The notes: generated by a model not told the origin, from the letters alone. DNA of 64,000 nt from Escherichia coli (GCF_036507355.1 NZ_AP027877.1), one strand, 5' to 3'; shown: positions 36,585-47,445, counted from the first letter of the stretch. Numbers and translations are program-made.

Positions 36585-36893
36585 ATGGATTATTTAATTC
36601 CTGTTTGCCTGGGATTGCTGGGATTGTTCGCGATGCTCGCCCCCAATTGGCTGATGCCTGTTTTAATCGCCGTGGGGGGATGGCTGGGGGTACTTGCCTG
36701 TGGTTGGCTCTGGCTAATGCTATTTTTACCTTTACTCAACGGCGTCGGGCTTGCTTATGCCCTGTGGTTGATGTTCAAAAGGCCATCATTCACGTCCCGC
36801 TTGGTTGCTACATGTTGTGTTATCTCCGTCATTCTGATGTTAGCGCTTTATTATGCTTTCCTGACCATGCCGCCGTTCCCGCCTCAGCACTAA
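36585..36893 (+). CDS. hypothetical small hydrophobic protein (unconfirmed ORF)
   Basis: 102-aa open frame, almost entirely hydrophobic (2-3 predicted TM helices); no obvious SD; lies between the REP and the zntA stop. Confidence 0.3.
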   Translation: MDYLIPVCLGLLGLFAMLAPNWLMPVLIAVGGWLGVLACGWLWLMLFLPLLNGVGLAYALWLMFKRPSFTSRLVATCCVISVILMLALYYAFLTMPPFPPQH

Positions 36894-36925
36894 GCCTGAT
36901 AGCCAGAGGCTATCAGGCAACACCT

Positions 36926-39124
36926 TTACTTCCTGCGCAACAACCTTAACGCATTCGCCGTCACCAGCACCGTCGCACCCGTATCTGCCAGCACCGCCAG
37001 CCACAGTCCGGTCATCCCCAACAGCGTCGTGACGAGGAAGATCCCTTTCAGCCCCAGTGCAATAGTGATGTTCTGACGGATATTAGCGTGAGTGGCGCGC
37101 GCCAGTTCAACCATTTGCACCAGACCGCGCAGGTGGTTATGGGTTAATGCCGCGTCGGCGGTTTCCAGTGCGACGTCTGTGCCGCTACCCATTGCAATCC
37201 CAATGGCGGCAGCTTTCATCGCTGGCGCGTCGTTAATACCGTCCCCGACCATCGCCAGCGGCGCATGTTGATTCAGCTCGGTCACCGCTTTAACTTTATC
37301 TTCCGGCAACAGGCCCGCTTTAAATTCCAGCCCCAGTTCCCCGGCGATTGCCGCCGCGGCGCGTGGATTATCGCCGGTGAGGATCACTCCTTTGACGCCC
37401 AGCGCGTTCAGTTCACTGATGGCAGTTGCAGCATCGGCGCGCAGAGTATCCTGCAATGCAATGATACCCAGCACGTCATCGTTACGTACTACCAGCACTA
37501 CCGTTTGCCCGGCGCTTTCCAGCTCGTTAATTAAACCAGCAAATGCATCAGCGGGATGTTTCCCGGCAGCGCATATCAACACGCGCTCACCGTTAACCTG
37601 TGCTTCAATGCCAGACCCGACCAGCGCCCGCTGTGATTCGGCGGCGGGAATGGCGAGTGCAGCAACCTGTGCTTCGCGCACGATGGCCTGCGCCAGTGGA
37701 TGCGTCGCGCCTTGCTCGACCGCCGCCGCCAGTGTCAGCAGTTCAGATTCACTAATACCCGTTGCCGGATGAATCGCGGTAACGCGCGGTTTACCGACGG
37801 TCAGCGTACCGGTTTTATCAAACGCCACTTGGGTAACACGACCTAGCTGCTCCAGCGCCGCACCGCCTTTAATTAACGCCCCACGACGTGCCGCTGCTGC
37901 CAGCCCGGAGGTAATCGCCGCGGGCGTGGAGATAACTAACGCACACGGGCAGCCAATCAGCAGCAGCGTCAGCCCTTTATAAATCCACTCTTGCCAGCTG
38001 GCGGCAAACAGCAGCGGCGGCACCAGCGTTACCAGCAGGGCGACGGCCATAATCGCTGGCGTATAAATACGGCTGAAACGGTCGATAAACCGCTCAATGG
38101 GGGCGCGGCGCTCTTCGGCTTCTTCGATCAGTTTCAGAATCCGGTCAATGGCGCTGGCACCCGGTTCTGACAGCACTTCCAGCGTTACCAGACGGTCTAC
38201 GCTGGTGGCTCCTGCAGGAACTTTATCGCCCGTTGCGCGCTCCACCGGAATGGATTCGCCGGTCAGGGCGCTTTCATCAAAACTGGCAAAGGGCGAGAGC
38301 AGTTTACCGTCGGCAGGCAAACGCCCGCCCGCCGCAACTTCAATCACATCGCCAGGCCGCAGGCTGTTAATCGCCACCTCTTCCCGCTCACCGTTACGCA
38401 GGCGCGTGGCGGTTTCTGGTTTCAGCGCCATTAACGCGCTAACGCCCTGACGCGCGCGGCTGGCGGCCCAGCCTTCCAGTCGTTCACCAATCAAAAACAG
38501 CAGCAACACCATCGCAGCTTCAGCCGTTGCGCCAATAAACAGCGCACCAATAGCAGCTACGCTCATTAACGTTTCAATGGCGAAGTAACTGCCTGATTTG
38601 ATCAGCCGTAATGCCTGACGAGCAATCGGGTACAGCCCAACCAGCGTGGTCGCGATAAACGCCAGTTGCCCGAACGGATGATTGAACTGCTCCAGACCCC
38701 AGCTGATTACCATCATCACGATAAGCGTAATCAGCGACAAATTCTCTTTCAGGCGTGATGTTTGCGGTTCTTCGGCGGACTGTTCATCGCGCAGGGAATA
38801 GCCCGCTTTTTGCACCGCAGATTCAACTTGTGCACGGATGTCATTGTCGGCATCAACCACCAGTTTTTCGGTGGCGAACAGTACCTGCACCTGATTCACG
38901 CCTGCAAGCTGGCGCACGGCATTTTCTACCTTGCGCGCACAGGCGGCGCAGTCCATGCCGCTGACTTTCCAGCTATAGCGGGTGCCGGAGACGTTTTCAG
39001 AGAGCGTTGGCGTGCTGGAACATGCGCCGTCGCAGCAACAGTCGTTGGCGTTCTGTACCGTGGTTAGCGGTTTGAACGCAGCAAATTGAGGGGCTTTCTT
39101 GCCGTGATTGTCAGGAGTCGACAT
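36926..39124 (-). CDS. zntA: Zn/Cd/Pb-exporting P-type ATPase
   Basis: 732-aa ORF with N-terminal metal-binding GMDCAAC, CPC transmembrane motif and DKTGTLT phosphorylation motif. Confidence 0.95.
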   Translation of the reverse strand: MSTPDNHGKKAPQFAAFKPLTTVQNANDCCCDGACSSTPTLSENVSGTRYSWKVSGMDCAACARKVENAVRQLAGVNQVQVLFATEKLVVDADNDIRAQVESAVQKAGYSLRDEQSAEEPQTSRLKENLSLITLIVMMVISWGLEQFNHPFGQLAFIATTLVGLYPIARQALRLIKSGSYFAIETLMSVAAIGALFIGATAEAAMVLLLFLIGERLEGWAASRARQGVSALMALKPETATRLRNGEREEVAINSLRPGDVIEVAAGGRLPADGKLLSPFASFDESALTGESIPVERATGDKVPAGATSVDRLVTLEVLSEPGASAIDRILKLIEEAEERRAPIERFIDRFSRIYTPAIMAVALLVTLVPPLLFAASWQEWIYKGLTLLLIGCPCALVISTPAAITSGLAAAARRGALIKGGAALEQLGRVTQVAFDKTGTLTVGKPRVTAIHPATGISESELLTLAAAVEQGATHPLAQAIVREAQVAALAIPAAESQRALVGSGIEAQVNGERVLICAAGKHPADAFAGLINELESAGQTVVLVVRNDDVLGIIALQDTLRADAATAISELNALGVKGVILTGDNPRAAAAIAGELGLEFKAGLLPEDKVKAVTELNQHAPLAMVGDGINDAPAMKAAAIGIAMGSGTDVALETADAALTHNHLRGLVQMVELARATHANIRQNITIALGLKGIFLVTTLLGMTGLWLAVLADTGATVLVTANALRLLRRK

Positions 39125-39165
39125 GGCATCCTCCGGTTAAGTTTTTTCTCATTAACCGAAGGATA

Positions 39166-39187
39166 CACTCTGGAGTCGACTCCAGAG
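39166..39187 (-). promoter_or_regulatory. ZntR (MerR-family) operator within the zntA promoter spacer
   Basis: Perfect 22-bp palindrome ACTCTGGAGTCGACTCCAGAGT located between a TTGACT -35 and the -10, consistent with a long-spacer MerR-type promoter. Confidence 0.85.
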
Positions 39188-39197
39188 TCAAGTTTTA

Positions 39198-39824
39198 TCA
39201 GAGATACAGCGAGCGGACGATGAGGAAGTGACCGGCAAAGTAGCAGGCCGCAGCAATCGCGTTATCCGCACGGAAGCGTCGGCGATAGTGGCTACCCAGC
39301 CAGACAAAGTTACTGATAAACAGCAACGAAGCGCCGACAAACGCAGAGAGTGCCGGAGCGGTCGGACGGAAGAACCACAGTTCACCTGCCAGCCACACCA
39401 TCACCAGCGTCATGCCGATAAACGTGCAGATGGGCCAACGATACTCTTCCAGCCGCGTCCAGATAATCGCCAGTAACAGCGCGCCCAGAACCAGCAACAC
39501 CAGTGGTAGAGGCCAGAAGAAAGAGAGCGTCATCTGACTGGCGAAATAGATGGTGTACAGCAGGTGCGAGAGGAAAAACGCGCCGATGGCGTACATCAGA
39601 CGTTGACGTGGCAACAGGGTTAGCGCATCGCCCAGCAGTGAGGCGCACAGCCCTGCCAGCACCAGATAGCTAATGGCGTCGAACATCGGCGCTTGCCAGG
39701 CCAGTAACAACAGGAGAAGAAGGGTTAACGGTTTAAACACCCAGCGTTGCCAGGTTGGCCCACGATACGATGCATCCACAGATAGCCATGCGGAAAGACA
39801 GACAGCGATAAACGACCAAAGCAT
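39198..39824 (-). CDS. yhhN: YhhN-family inner-membrane protein
   Basis: 208-aa polytopic membrane ORF. Confidence 0.85.
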
Positions 39825-39964
39825 CTTAGTTCCTTGAATTCGTTATTTTTTCGTAAGCGGAATGCCTACGGTCTTGCTTCCAGTTTAGTGGCGAGGGTGG
39901 ACGGATGACAACACCATAACTGGCAGGGTATGCTTAATTCCGCATTTTCCGATGAGGGATAAAG

Positions 39965-40324
39965 ATGAGCAAACCACCTCTTTTCTTTATTGTTATCATT
40001 GGCTTAATCATCGTCGCCGCATCGTTTCGTTTTATGCAACAGCGACGGGAAAAAGCTGATAATGATATGGCACCGCTCCAGCAAAAGCTGGTGGTGGTGA
40101 GCAACAAGCGGGAAAAACCGATTAACGATCGCCGTTCGCGCCAGCAGGAAGTGACTCCGGCAGGCACCAGTATGCGCTATGAGGCAAGCTTCAAACCGCA
40201 AAGCGGAGGAATGGAGCAGACGTTTCGCCTCGACGCCCAGCAGTACCACGCCCTGACAGTGGGCGATAAAGGTACGCTGAGCTATAAAGGAACGCGCTTT
40301 GTTAGCTTTGTTGGCGAACAATAA
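39965..40324 (+). CDS. yhhM: DUF2500 membrane-anchored protein
   Basis: 119-aa ORF with N-terminal TM helix. Confidence 0.8.
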   Translation: MSKPPLFFIVIIGLIIVAASFRFMQQRREKADNDMAPLQQKLVVVSNKREKPINDRRSRQQEVTPAGTSMRYEASFKPQSGGMEQTFRLDAQQYHALTVGDKGTLSYKGTRFVSFVGEQ

Positions 40325-40326
40325 GG

Positions 40327-40596
40327 TTATTTTTTAACTTTAAATTTCTTCTGCCAGACCAGCAGTTCAAACACGCCGAAAAGGAAAATCCGCACCTTTT
40401 CGGCGGTGGTCATCTGCGGGCCATCTTTCGGTAAAGTGGATTTCAATAGCGCCAGCTGCATACCATGCATCAGCACGGTAAAAATCAGCGCCACGTTAAC
40501 GAAAATATTCAGCGGGCGCGGGAAGGGATGCACCAGGTTGAGGATTAAAAATCCCCAAACGCAGAGCATTAACAAACGACCAATATTAATCAGCAT
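40327..40596 (-). CDS. yhhL: DUF1145 small membrane protein
   Basis: ORF 40327..40719; likely start at the internal MLINIGRLLML giving 89 aa; start overlaps the rsmD end. Confidence 0.7.
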   Translation of the reverse strand: MLINIGRLLMLCVWGFLILNLVHPFPRPLNIFVNVALIFTVLMHGMQLALLKSTLPKDGPQMTTAEKVRIFLFGVFELLVWQKKFKVKK

Positions 40597-41182
40597 CACT
40601 TTCTCCTTGTGCTTCGCGTTGATATAGCCGATAAGCCACCTGACCCGCCACTTTTTCCCGATGTAATGACCAGTTTGCCGGAACAGTGGGCAGACCGTTT
40701 TCGACTTCGCTTTCGACATAAATCAGGGCTTCGTCAGCCAGCCAGCCGTTATCTTCCAGTAAATTTATCGTCTCTTCTAACAAGCCACGGCGGAACGGTG
40801 GATCGACAAACACGATATTATGCGGTGTGCCTTTTTGCGCCAGGAATGACATCGCGTTGCTGTTCACCACGCGTGCATTGCCTGCTTTTAGTGTCGCCAG
40901 ATTCTTAATTAACTGCTGAGAAACTGCACGATCCATCTCAATCAACGTGGCCCCCGCAGCGTAGCGTGATAACGCTTCCAGCCCCAGCGCGCCGCTTCCG
41001 GCGAAGCAATCCAGACATTGGGCGTCAACAATGACCGGAGCCAGCCAGTTAAATAACGTTTCGCGTACGCGGTCGGTGGTGGGGCGCAGACCTGGGCTAT
41101 CAGGAACCGGGAGTTTACGGCCTCGCCACTGCCCGCCAATAATGCGGATTTGGCCGCTGCCGGAATGATTCGGTTTTTTCAT
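40586..41182 (-). CDS. rsmD: 16S rRNA m2G966 methyltransferase
   Basis: 198-aa ORF with SAM-binding motifs (LDCFAGSGALGLEA, VFVDPPF). Confidence 0.9.
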   Translation of the reverse strand: MKKPNHSGSGQIRIIGGQWRGRKLPVPDSPGLRPTTDRVRETLFNWLAPVIVDAQCLDCFAGSGALGLEALSRYAAGATLIEMDRAVSQQLIKNLATLKAGNARVVNSNAMSFLAQKGTPHNIVFVDPPFRRGLLEETINLLEDNGWLADEALIYVESEVENGLPTVPANWSLHREKVAGQVAYRLYQREAQGESDAD

Positions 41183-41331
41183 GATAAATTGCTCAATCCG
41201 CCAGATAACACATACTTGCAGGCGGTGATGTGAATTAAGTTAAGTGATAGACTATTTCATCATTTTTTTAGCTGCTATGTACATAGCGTTAACGCTGTGC
41301 CATGAAGCAACAGCGAGGAGTGTAGTCGCAA

Positions 41332-42828
41332 ATGGCGAAAGAAAAAAAACGTGGCTTTTTTTCCTGGCTGGGCTTTGGTCAAAAAGAGCAGACCCCGGAA
41401 AAAGAGACAGAAGTTCAGAATGAACAACCGGTTGTAGAAGAAATCGTTCAGGCGCAAGAGCCTGTGAAGGCTTCTGAACAAGCCGTTGAAGAGCAGCCGC
41501 AGGCGCATACTGAAGCCGAGGCGGAAACTTTTGCTGCCGAAGTTGTGGAAGTCACTGAACAGGTTGCTGAAAGTGAAAAAGCGCAGCCTGAAGCGGAAGT
41601 CGTTGCACAGCCGGAACCGGTCGTAGAAGAAACGCCGGAGCCAGTGGCTATCGAACGTGAAGAGCTGCCGTTGCCGGAAGACGTCAACGCCGAAGAGGTT
41701 TCGCCAGAAGAGTGGCAGGCTGAAGCGGAAACCGTAGAGATTGTCGAAGCGGCGGAAGAAGAAGCGGCTAAAGAAGAAATTACCGACGAAGAGCTGGAAA
41801 CACAGGCGCTGGCTGCCGAAGCGGCAGAAGAGGCGGTGATGGTGGTTCCTCCGGCAGAAGAAGAGCAGCCGGTGGAAGAAATCGCTCAGGAGCAGGAAAA
41901 ACCGACCAAAGAAGGTTTTTTCGCGCGCCTGAAACGCAGCCTGTTAAAAACCAAAGAAAATCTCGGTTCCGGATTTATCAGCCTGTTCCGCGGTAAAAAA
42001 ATCGACGATGATCTGTTTGAAGAGCTGGAAGAACAGCTTTTGATCGCCGATGTGGGTGTGGAAACCACACGTAAAATTATCACCAATCTGACGGAAGGCG
42101 CATCCCGCAAGCAGCTTCGTGATGCCGAGGCGCTCTATGGCCTGCTGAAAGAAGAGATGGGCGAGATTCTGGCGAAAGTCGATGAGCCGCTGAATGTTGA
42201 AGGCAAAGCGCCGTTTGTGATCCTGATGGTGGGCGTCAACGGTGTGGGTAAAACCACGACGATTGGTAAGCTGGCACGTCAGTTTGAGCAGCAGGGTAAA
42301 TCGGTGATGCTGGCGGCGGGCGATACTTTCCGTGCAGCAGCGGTTGAACAGCTTCAGGTCTGGGGTCAGCGCAACAATATTCCGGTGATTGCCCAGCATA
42401 CCGGTGCGGATTCCGCCTCTGTTATCTTCGACGCCATTCAGGCAGCTAAAGCGCGTAATATCGACGTCCTGATTGCCGATACCGCCGGACGTCTGCAGAA
42501 CAAATCGCATCTGATGGAAGAGTTGAAGAAAATCGTCCGCGTGATGAAGAAACTCGACGTTGAAGCGCCGCATGAAGTTATGCTGACTATTGATGCCAGC
42601 ACCGGGCAGAACGCGGTAAGCCAGGCCAAACTGTTCCACGAAGCTGTTGGCTTAACCGGCATCACGCTAACGAAACTGGACGGCACGGCGAAAGGCGGGG
42701 TAATTTTCTCGGTGGCTGACCAGTTTGGTATCCCTATCCGCTACATTGGTGTCGGCGAACGTATTGAGGATTTGCGTCCGTTTAAGGCGGACGACTTTAT
42801 AGAGGCACTTTTTGCCCGAGAGGATTAA
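41332..42828 (+). CDS. ftsY: signal recognition particle receptor
   Basis: 498-aa ORF; acidic E/A/V-rich N-terminal domain, C-terminal SRP GTPase domain (GVNGVGKTTTIGKLA, DTAGR). Confidence 0.95.
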   Translation: MAKEKKRGFFSWLGFGQKEQTPEKETEVQNEQPVVEEIVQAQEPVKASEQAVEEQPQAHTEAEAETFAAEVVEVTEQVAESEKAQPEAEVVAQPEPVVEETPEPVAIEREELPLPEDVNAEEVSPEEWQAEAETVEIVEAAEEEAAKEEITDEELETQALAAEAAEEAVMVVPPAEEEQPVEEIAQEQEKPTKEGFFARLKRSLLKTKENLGSGFISLFRGKKIDDDLFEELEEQLLIADVGVETTRKIITNLTEGASRKQLRDAEALYGLLKEEMGEILAKVDEPLNVEGKAPFVILMVGVNGVGKTTTIGKLARQFEQQGKSVMLAAGDTFRAAAVEQLQVWGQRNNIPVIAQHTGADSASVIFDAIQAAKARNIDVLIADTAGRLQNKSHLMEELKKIVRVMKKLDVEAPHEVMLTIDASTGQNAVSQAKLFHEAVGLTGITLTKLDGTAKGGVIFSVADQFGIPIRYIGVGERIEDLRPFKADDFIEALFARED

Positions 42829-42830
42829 CA

Positions 42831-43499
42831 ATGATTCGCTTTGAACATGTCAGCAAGGCTTATCTCGGTGGGAGACAGGCGCTGCAGGGCGTTACGTTCC
42901 ATATGCAGCCGGGTGAGATGGCGTTTCTGACCGGTCATTCCGGCGCAGGGAAAAGTACCCTCCTGAAGCTGATCTGTGGGATTGAGCGGCCCAGCGCCGG
43001 GAAAATCTGGTTTAGCGGCCATGACATCACGCGTCTGAAAAACCGTGAAGTTCCGTTTCTGCGCCGCCAGATTGGCATGATTTTCCAGGATCACCATCTA
43101 CTGATGGACCGTACTGTCTACGATAACGTGGCGATCCCGCTGATTATCGCCGGTGCCAGCGGTGACGATATTCGTCGCCGGGTGTCGGCGGCGCTGGATA
43201 AAGTCGGGCTACTGGACAAAGCGAAGAACTTCCCTATTCAGCTTTCTGGCGGTGAACAACAGCGTGTTGGCATTGCCCGCGCGGTGGTGAATAAGCCCGC
43301 GGTACTGCTGGCGGACGAACCGACTGGTAACCTGGACGACGCGTTGTCGGAAGGGATTCTACGTCTGTTTGAAGAGTTTAACCGCGTTGGGGTAACCGTA
43401 TTGATGGCAACGCACGACATCAACCTGATTTCACGGCGTTCCTATCGCATGCTCACCCTGAGCGATGGTCACTTGCATGGAGGCGTGGGCCATGAATAA
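42831..43499 (+). CDS. ftsE: cell-division ABC ATPase
   Basis: 222-aa ORF with Walker [10 protein letters not shown] and LSGGEQQR. Confidence 0.95.
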
Positions 43500-44550
43500 G
43501 CGCGATGCAATCAATCATATTCGGCAGTTTGGCGGGCGTCTTGATCGCTTCCGTAAATCGGTCGGCGGCTCAGGCGACGGCGGTCGTAACGCGCCGAAAC
43601 GCGCGAAATCCTCGCCAAAACCGGTAAATCGCAAAACCAACGTTTTCAACGAACAGGTGCGCTATGCCTTCCACGGCGCATTGCAGGATCTGAAAAGCAA
43701 ACCGTTCGCCACGTTTTTAACGGTGATGGTTATCGCCATCTCTCTGACGCTGCCCAGCGTCTGTTATATGGTGTACAAAAACGTTAACCAGGCGGCGACG
43801 CAGTATTATCCGTCACCGCAAATCACTGTTTATCTGCAAAAAACGCTGGACGATGACGCTGCTGCGGGCGTGGTGGCACAGTTGCAGGCCGAGCAAGGCG
43901 TAGAGAAAGTGAATTATCTTTCTCGTGAAGACGCACTGGGCGAGTTCCGTAACTGGTCTGGTTTTGGTGGTGCGCTGGATATGCTGGAAGAAAACCCGCT
44001 TCCGGCAGTGGCGGTGGTGATCCCGAAACTCGATTTCCAGGGTACGGAATCACTCAATACGCTGCGTGATCGTATCACGCAGATTAACGGCATTGACGAA
44101 GTACGGATGGATGACAGCTGGTTTGCCCGTCTGGCGGCGTTGACCGGGCTGGTCGGGCGCGTTTCGGCGATGATCGGCGTGTTGATGGTGGCGGCAGTGT
44201 TCCTCGTCATCGGTAACAGTGTACGCCTGAGTATCTTTGCTCGTCGTGACTCCATTAACGTGCAGAAACTGATTGGTGCAACGGATGGTTTCATCCTGCG
44301 CCCGTTCCTGTACGGTGGCGCATTGCTGGGGTTTTCTGGCGCATTGTTGTCACTAATTTTGTCAGAAATTCTGGTACTGCGATTGTCATCGGCGGTTGCG
44401 GAAGTGGCACAGGTTTTCGGAACGAAGTTTGATATCAATGGCTTATCGTTCGATGAATGCCTGCTATTGCTGCTGGTATGCTCGATGATTGGCTGGGTGG
44501 CAGCGTGGCTTGCCACGGTACAACATTTACGCCACTTTACGCCTGAATAA
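43492..44550 (+). CDS. ftsX: cell-division ABC-type membrane protein
   Basis: ORF 43465..44550; likely start [12 protein letters not shown] overlapping the ftsE stop. Confidence 0.92.
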
Positions 44551-44565
44551 TAAAAGCGTGTTATA

Positions 44566-44602
44566 CTCTTTCCCTGCAATGGGTTCCGTAGCAGGGAAAG
44601 AG
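44566..44602 (+). terminator. stem-loop after ftsX
   Basis: 12-bp perfect inverted repeat CTCTTTCCCTGC ... GCAGGGAAAGAG; no strong T-run, so possibly an attenuating rather than full terminator. Confidence 0.45.
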
Positions 44603-44674
44603 ACCCCGTTGTCTCTTCCCGGTATTTCATCTCTATGTCACATTTTGTGCGTAATTTATTCACAAGCTTGCATT

Positions 44675-44701
44675 GAACTTGTGGATAAAATCACGGTCTG
44701 A
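44675..44701 (+). promoter_or_regulatory. sigmaE-dependent promoter of rpoH (P3-like)
   Basis: GAACTT, 16 nt, TCTGA (GAACTTGTGGATAAAATCACGGTCTGA), matching the sigmaE -35/-10 consensus, about 95 nt upstream of rpoH. Confidence 0.75.
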
Positions 44702-44794
44702 TAAAACAGTGAATGATAACCTCGTTGCTCTTAAGCTCTGGCACAGTTGTTGCTACCACTGAAGCGCCAGAAGATATCGATTGAGAGGATTTGA

Positions 44795-45649
44795 ATGACT
44801 GACAAAATGCAAAGTTTAGCTTTAGCCCCAGTTGGCAACCTGGATTCCTACATCCGGGCAGCTAACGCGTGGCCGATGTTGTCGGCTGACGAGGAGCGGG
44901 CGCTGGCTGAAAAGCTGCATTACCATGGCGATCTGGAAGCAGCTAAAACGCTGATCCTGTCTCACCTGCGGTTTGTTGTTCATATTGCTCGTAATTATGC
45001 GGGCTATGGCCTGCCACAGGCGGATTTGATTCAGGAAGGTAACATCGGCCTGATGAAAGCAGTGCGCCGTTTCAACCCGGAAGTGGGTGTGCGCCTGGTC
45101 TCCTTCGCCGTTCACTGGATCAAAGCAGAGATCCACGAATACGTTCTGCGTAACTGGCGTATCGTCAAAGTTGCGACCACCAAAGCGCAGCGCAAACTGT
45201 TCTTCAACCTGCGTAAAACCAAGCAGCGTTTGGGCTGGTTTAACCAGGATGAAGTCGAAATGGTGGCCCGTGAACTGGGCGTAACCAGCAAAGACGTACG
45301 TGAGATGGAATCACGTATGGCGGCACAGGACATGACCTTTGACCTGTCTTCCGACGACGATTCCGACAGCCAACCGATGGCACCGGTGCTCTATCTGCAG
45401 GATAAATCATCTAACTTTGCCGACGGCATTGAAGATGATAACTGGGAAGAGCAGGCAGCAAACCGTCTGACCGATGCGATGCAGGGTCTGGACGAACGCA
45501 GCCAGGACATCATCCGTGCGCGCTGGCTGGACGAAGACAACAAGTCCACGTTGCAGGAACTGGCTGACCGTTACGGTGTTTCCGCTGAGCGTGTGCGCCA
45601 GCTGGAAAAGAATGCGATGAAAAAACTGCGCGCTGCTATAGAAGCGTAA
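44795..45649 (+). CDS. rpoH: RNA polymerase sigma-32 factor
   Basis: 284-aa [38 protein letters not shown]... Confidence 0.97.
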   Translation: MTDKMQSLALAPVGNLDSYIRAANAWPMLSADEERALAEKLHYHGDLEAAKTLILSHLRFVVHIARNYAGYGLPQADLIQEGNIGLMKAVRRFNPEVGVRLVSFAVHWIKAEIHEYVLRNWRIVKVATTKAQRKLFFNLRKTKQRLGWFNQDEVEMVARELGVTSKDVREMESRMAAQDMTFDLSSDDDSDSQPMAPVLYLQDKSSNFADGIEDDNWEEQAANRLTDAMQGLDERSQDIIRARWLDEDNKSTLQELADRYGVSAERVRQLEKNAMKKLRAAIEA

Positions 45650-45670
45650 TTTCCGCTATTAAGCAGAGAA

Positions 45671-45702
45671 CCCTGGATGCGAGTCCGGGGTTTTTGTTTT
45701 TT
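45671..45702 (+). terminator. rpoH intrinsic terminator
   Basis: CCCTGGA-TGCGAG-TCCGGGG hairpin (one G-U pair) followed by TTTTTGTTTTTT. Confidence 0.7.
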
Positions 45703-45919
45703 GGGCCTCTACAATAATCAATTTCCCCTCCGGCAAAACGCCAATCCCCACGCAGATTGTTAATAAACTGTCAAAATAGCTATTCCAATATCATAAAAAT
45801 CGGGTATGTTTTAGCAGAGTATGCTGCTAAAGCACGGGTAGTCATGCATAAAATGAAATAAAGTGCTGAACAACAACATCACAACACACGTAATAACCAG
45901 AAGAATGGGGATTCTCAGG

Positions 45920-47023
45920 ATGAACATAAAGGGTAAAGCGTTACTGGCAGGATGTATCGCGCTGGCATTCAGCAATATGGCTCTGGCAGAAGATATTAAA
46001 GTCGCGGTCGTGGGCGCAATGTCCGGTCCGGTTGCGCAGTACGGTGACCAGGAGTTTACCGGCGCAGAGCAGGCGGTTGCGGATATCAACGCTAAAGGCG
46101 GCATTAAAGGCAACAAACTGCAAATCGTAAAATATGACGATGCCTGTGACCCGAAACAGGCGGTTGCGGTGGCGAACAAAGTCATTAACGACGGCATTAA
46201 ATATGTGATTGGTCACCTCTGTTCTTCATCAACGCAGCCTGCGTCTGACATCTACGAAGACGAAGGCATTTTAATGATCACCCCAGCGGCAACCGCGCCG
46301 GAGCTGACCGCCCGTGGCTATCAGCTGATCCTGCGCACCACCGGCCTGGACTCCGACCAGGGGCCGACGGCGGCGAAATATATTCTTGAGAAAGTGAAAC
46401 CGCAGCGTATTGCTATCGTTCACGACAAACAGCAATACGGCGAAGGTCTGGCGCGAGCGGTGCAGGACGGCCTGAAGAAAGGCAATGCTAACGTGGTGTT
46501 CTTTGATGGTATCACCGCCGGGGAAAAAGATTTCTCAACGCTGGTGGCGCGTCTGAAAAAAGAGAATATCGACTTCGTTTACTACGGCGGTTATCACCCG
46601 GAAATGGGGCAAATCCTGCGTCAGGCACGCGCGGCAGGGCTGAAAACTCAGTTTATGGGGCCGGAAGGTGTGGCTAACGTTTCGCTGTCTAACATTGCGG
46701 GCGAATCAGCGGAAGGGCTGCTGGTGACCAAGCCGAAGAACTACGATCAGGTTCCGGCGAACAAACCAATTGTTGACGCCATCAAAGCGAAAAAACAGGA
46801 CCCAAGCGGCGCATTCGTCTGGACCACCTACGCCGCGCTGCAATCTTTGCAGGCGGGCCTGAATCAGTCTGACGATCCGGCTGAAATCGCCAAATACCTG
46901 AAAGCGAACTCGGTTGATACCGTGATGGGGCCGCTGACGTGGGATGAGAAAGGCGATCTGAAAGGCTTTGAGTTCGGCGTATTTGACTGGCACGCCAACG
47001 GCACGGCGACCGATGCGAAGTAA
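45920..47023 (+). CDS. livJ: Leu/Ile/Val-binding periplasmic protein
   Basis: ORF 45863..47023; likely start [23 protein letters not shown] (signal peptide); paralog of the livK product. Confidence 0.93.
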   Translation: MNIKGKALLAGCIALAFSNMALAEDIKVAVVGAMSGPVAQYGDQEFTGAEQAVADINAKGGIKGNKLQIVKYDDACDPKQAVAVANKVINDGIKYVIGHLCSSSTQPASDIYEDEGILMITPAATAPELTARGYQLILRTTGLDSDQGPTAAKYILEKVKPQRIAIVHDKQQYGEGLARAVQDGLKKGNANVVFFDGITAGEKDFSTLVARLKKENIDFVYYGGYHPEMGQILRQARAAGLKTQFMGPEGVANVSLSNIAGESAEGLLVTKPKNYDQVPANKPIVDAIKAKKQDPSGAFVWTTYAALQSLQAGLNQSDDPAEIAKYLKANSVDTVMGPLTWDEKGDLKGFEFGVFDWHANGTATDAK

Positions 47024-47043
47024 CGGATAGATAAATGAAAATG

Positions 47044-47076
47044 CCCGATGCGCTTAACGTCCATCGGGTTTTTTTA
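47044..47076 (+). terminator. livJ intrinsic terminator
   Basis: CCCGATG ... CATCGGG stem followed by TTTTTTTAT. Confidence 0.75.
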
Positions 47077-47172
47077 TGTTTGTCGAAATGGTTGTAGAAA
47101 GATTAAACAATCCAGGATATGCTTATTGTACGGTGATATGCCGTACATATTATACGGAGCAGGAGAGTTCAC

Positions 47173-47439
47173 ATGTCTGCTGTTAAAAAGCAGCGTATCG
47201 ATCTGCGTTTAACTGACGATGACAAAAGTATGATTGAGGAAGCGGCAGCGATATCTAATCAGTCCGTCAGCCAATTTATGTTGAACAGCGCTTCGCAGCG
47301 GGCTGCGGAAGTGATTGAACAACATCGGCGGGTGATCCTCAATGAGGAATCCTGGACGCGGGTGATGGATGCGCTGAGTAATCCACCGTCACCAGGTGAA
47401 AAGCTAAAACGTGCGGCAAAACGTCTTCAGGGAATGTAA
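47173..47439 (+). CDS. DUF1778 antitoxin (AtaR/TacA-like)
   Basis: 88-aa ORF, RHH-like N-terminus (RIDLRLTDDDKSMIEEAAAISNQSVSQFML); 6-nt gap to the downstream GNAT gene. Confidence 0.75.
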   Translation: MSAVKKQRIDLRLTDDDKSMIEEAAAISNQSVSQFMLNSASQRAAEVIEQHRRVILNEESWTRVMDALSNPPSPGEKLKRAAKRLQGM

Positions 47440-47445
47440 TAATTT

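Noticed and set aside
37265-39067. Multiple plus-strand ORFs inside zntA
   Set aside because: Antisense frames within a high-GC P-type ATPase gene; translations are Ala/Ser/Arg-rich and not protein-like.
41332-41900. Repetitive acidic E/A/V/Q-rich stretch at the ftsY 5' end
   Set aside because: This is the known acidic N-terminal domain of the SRP receptor, coding low complexity rather than a DNA repeat element.
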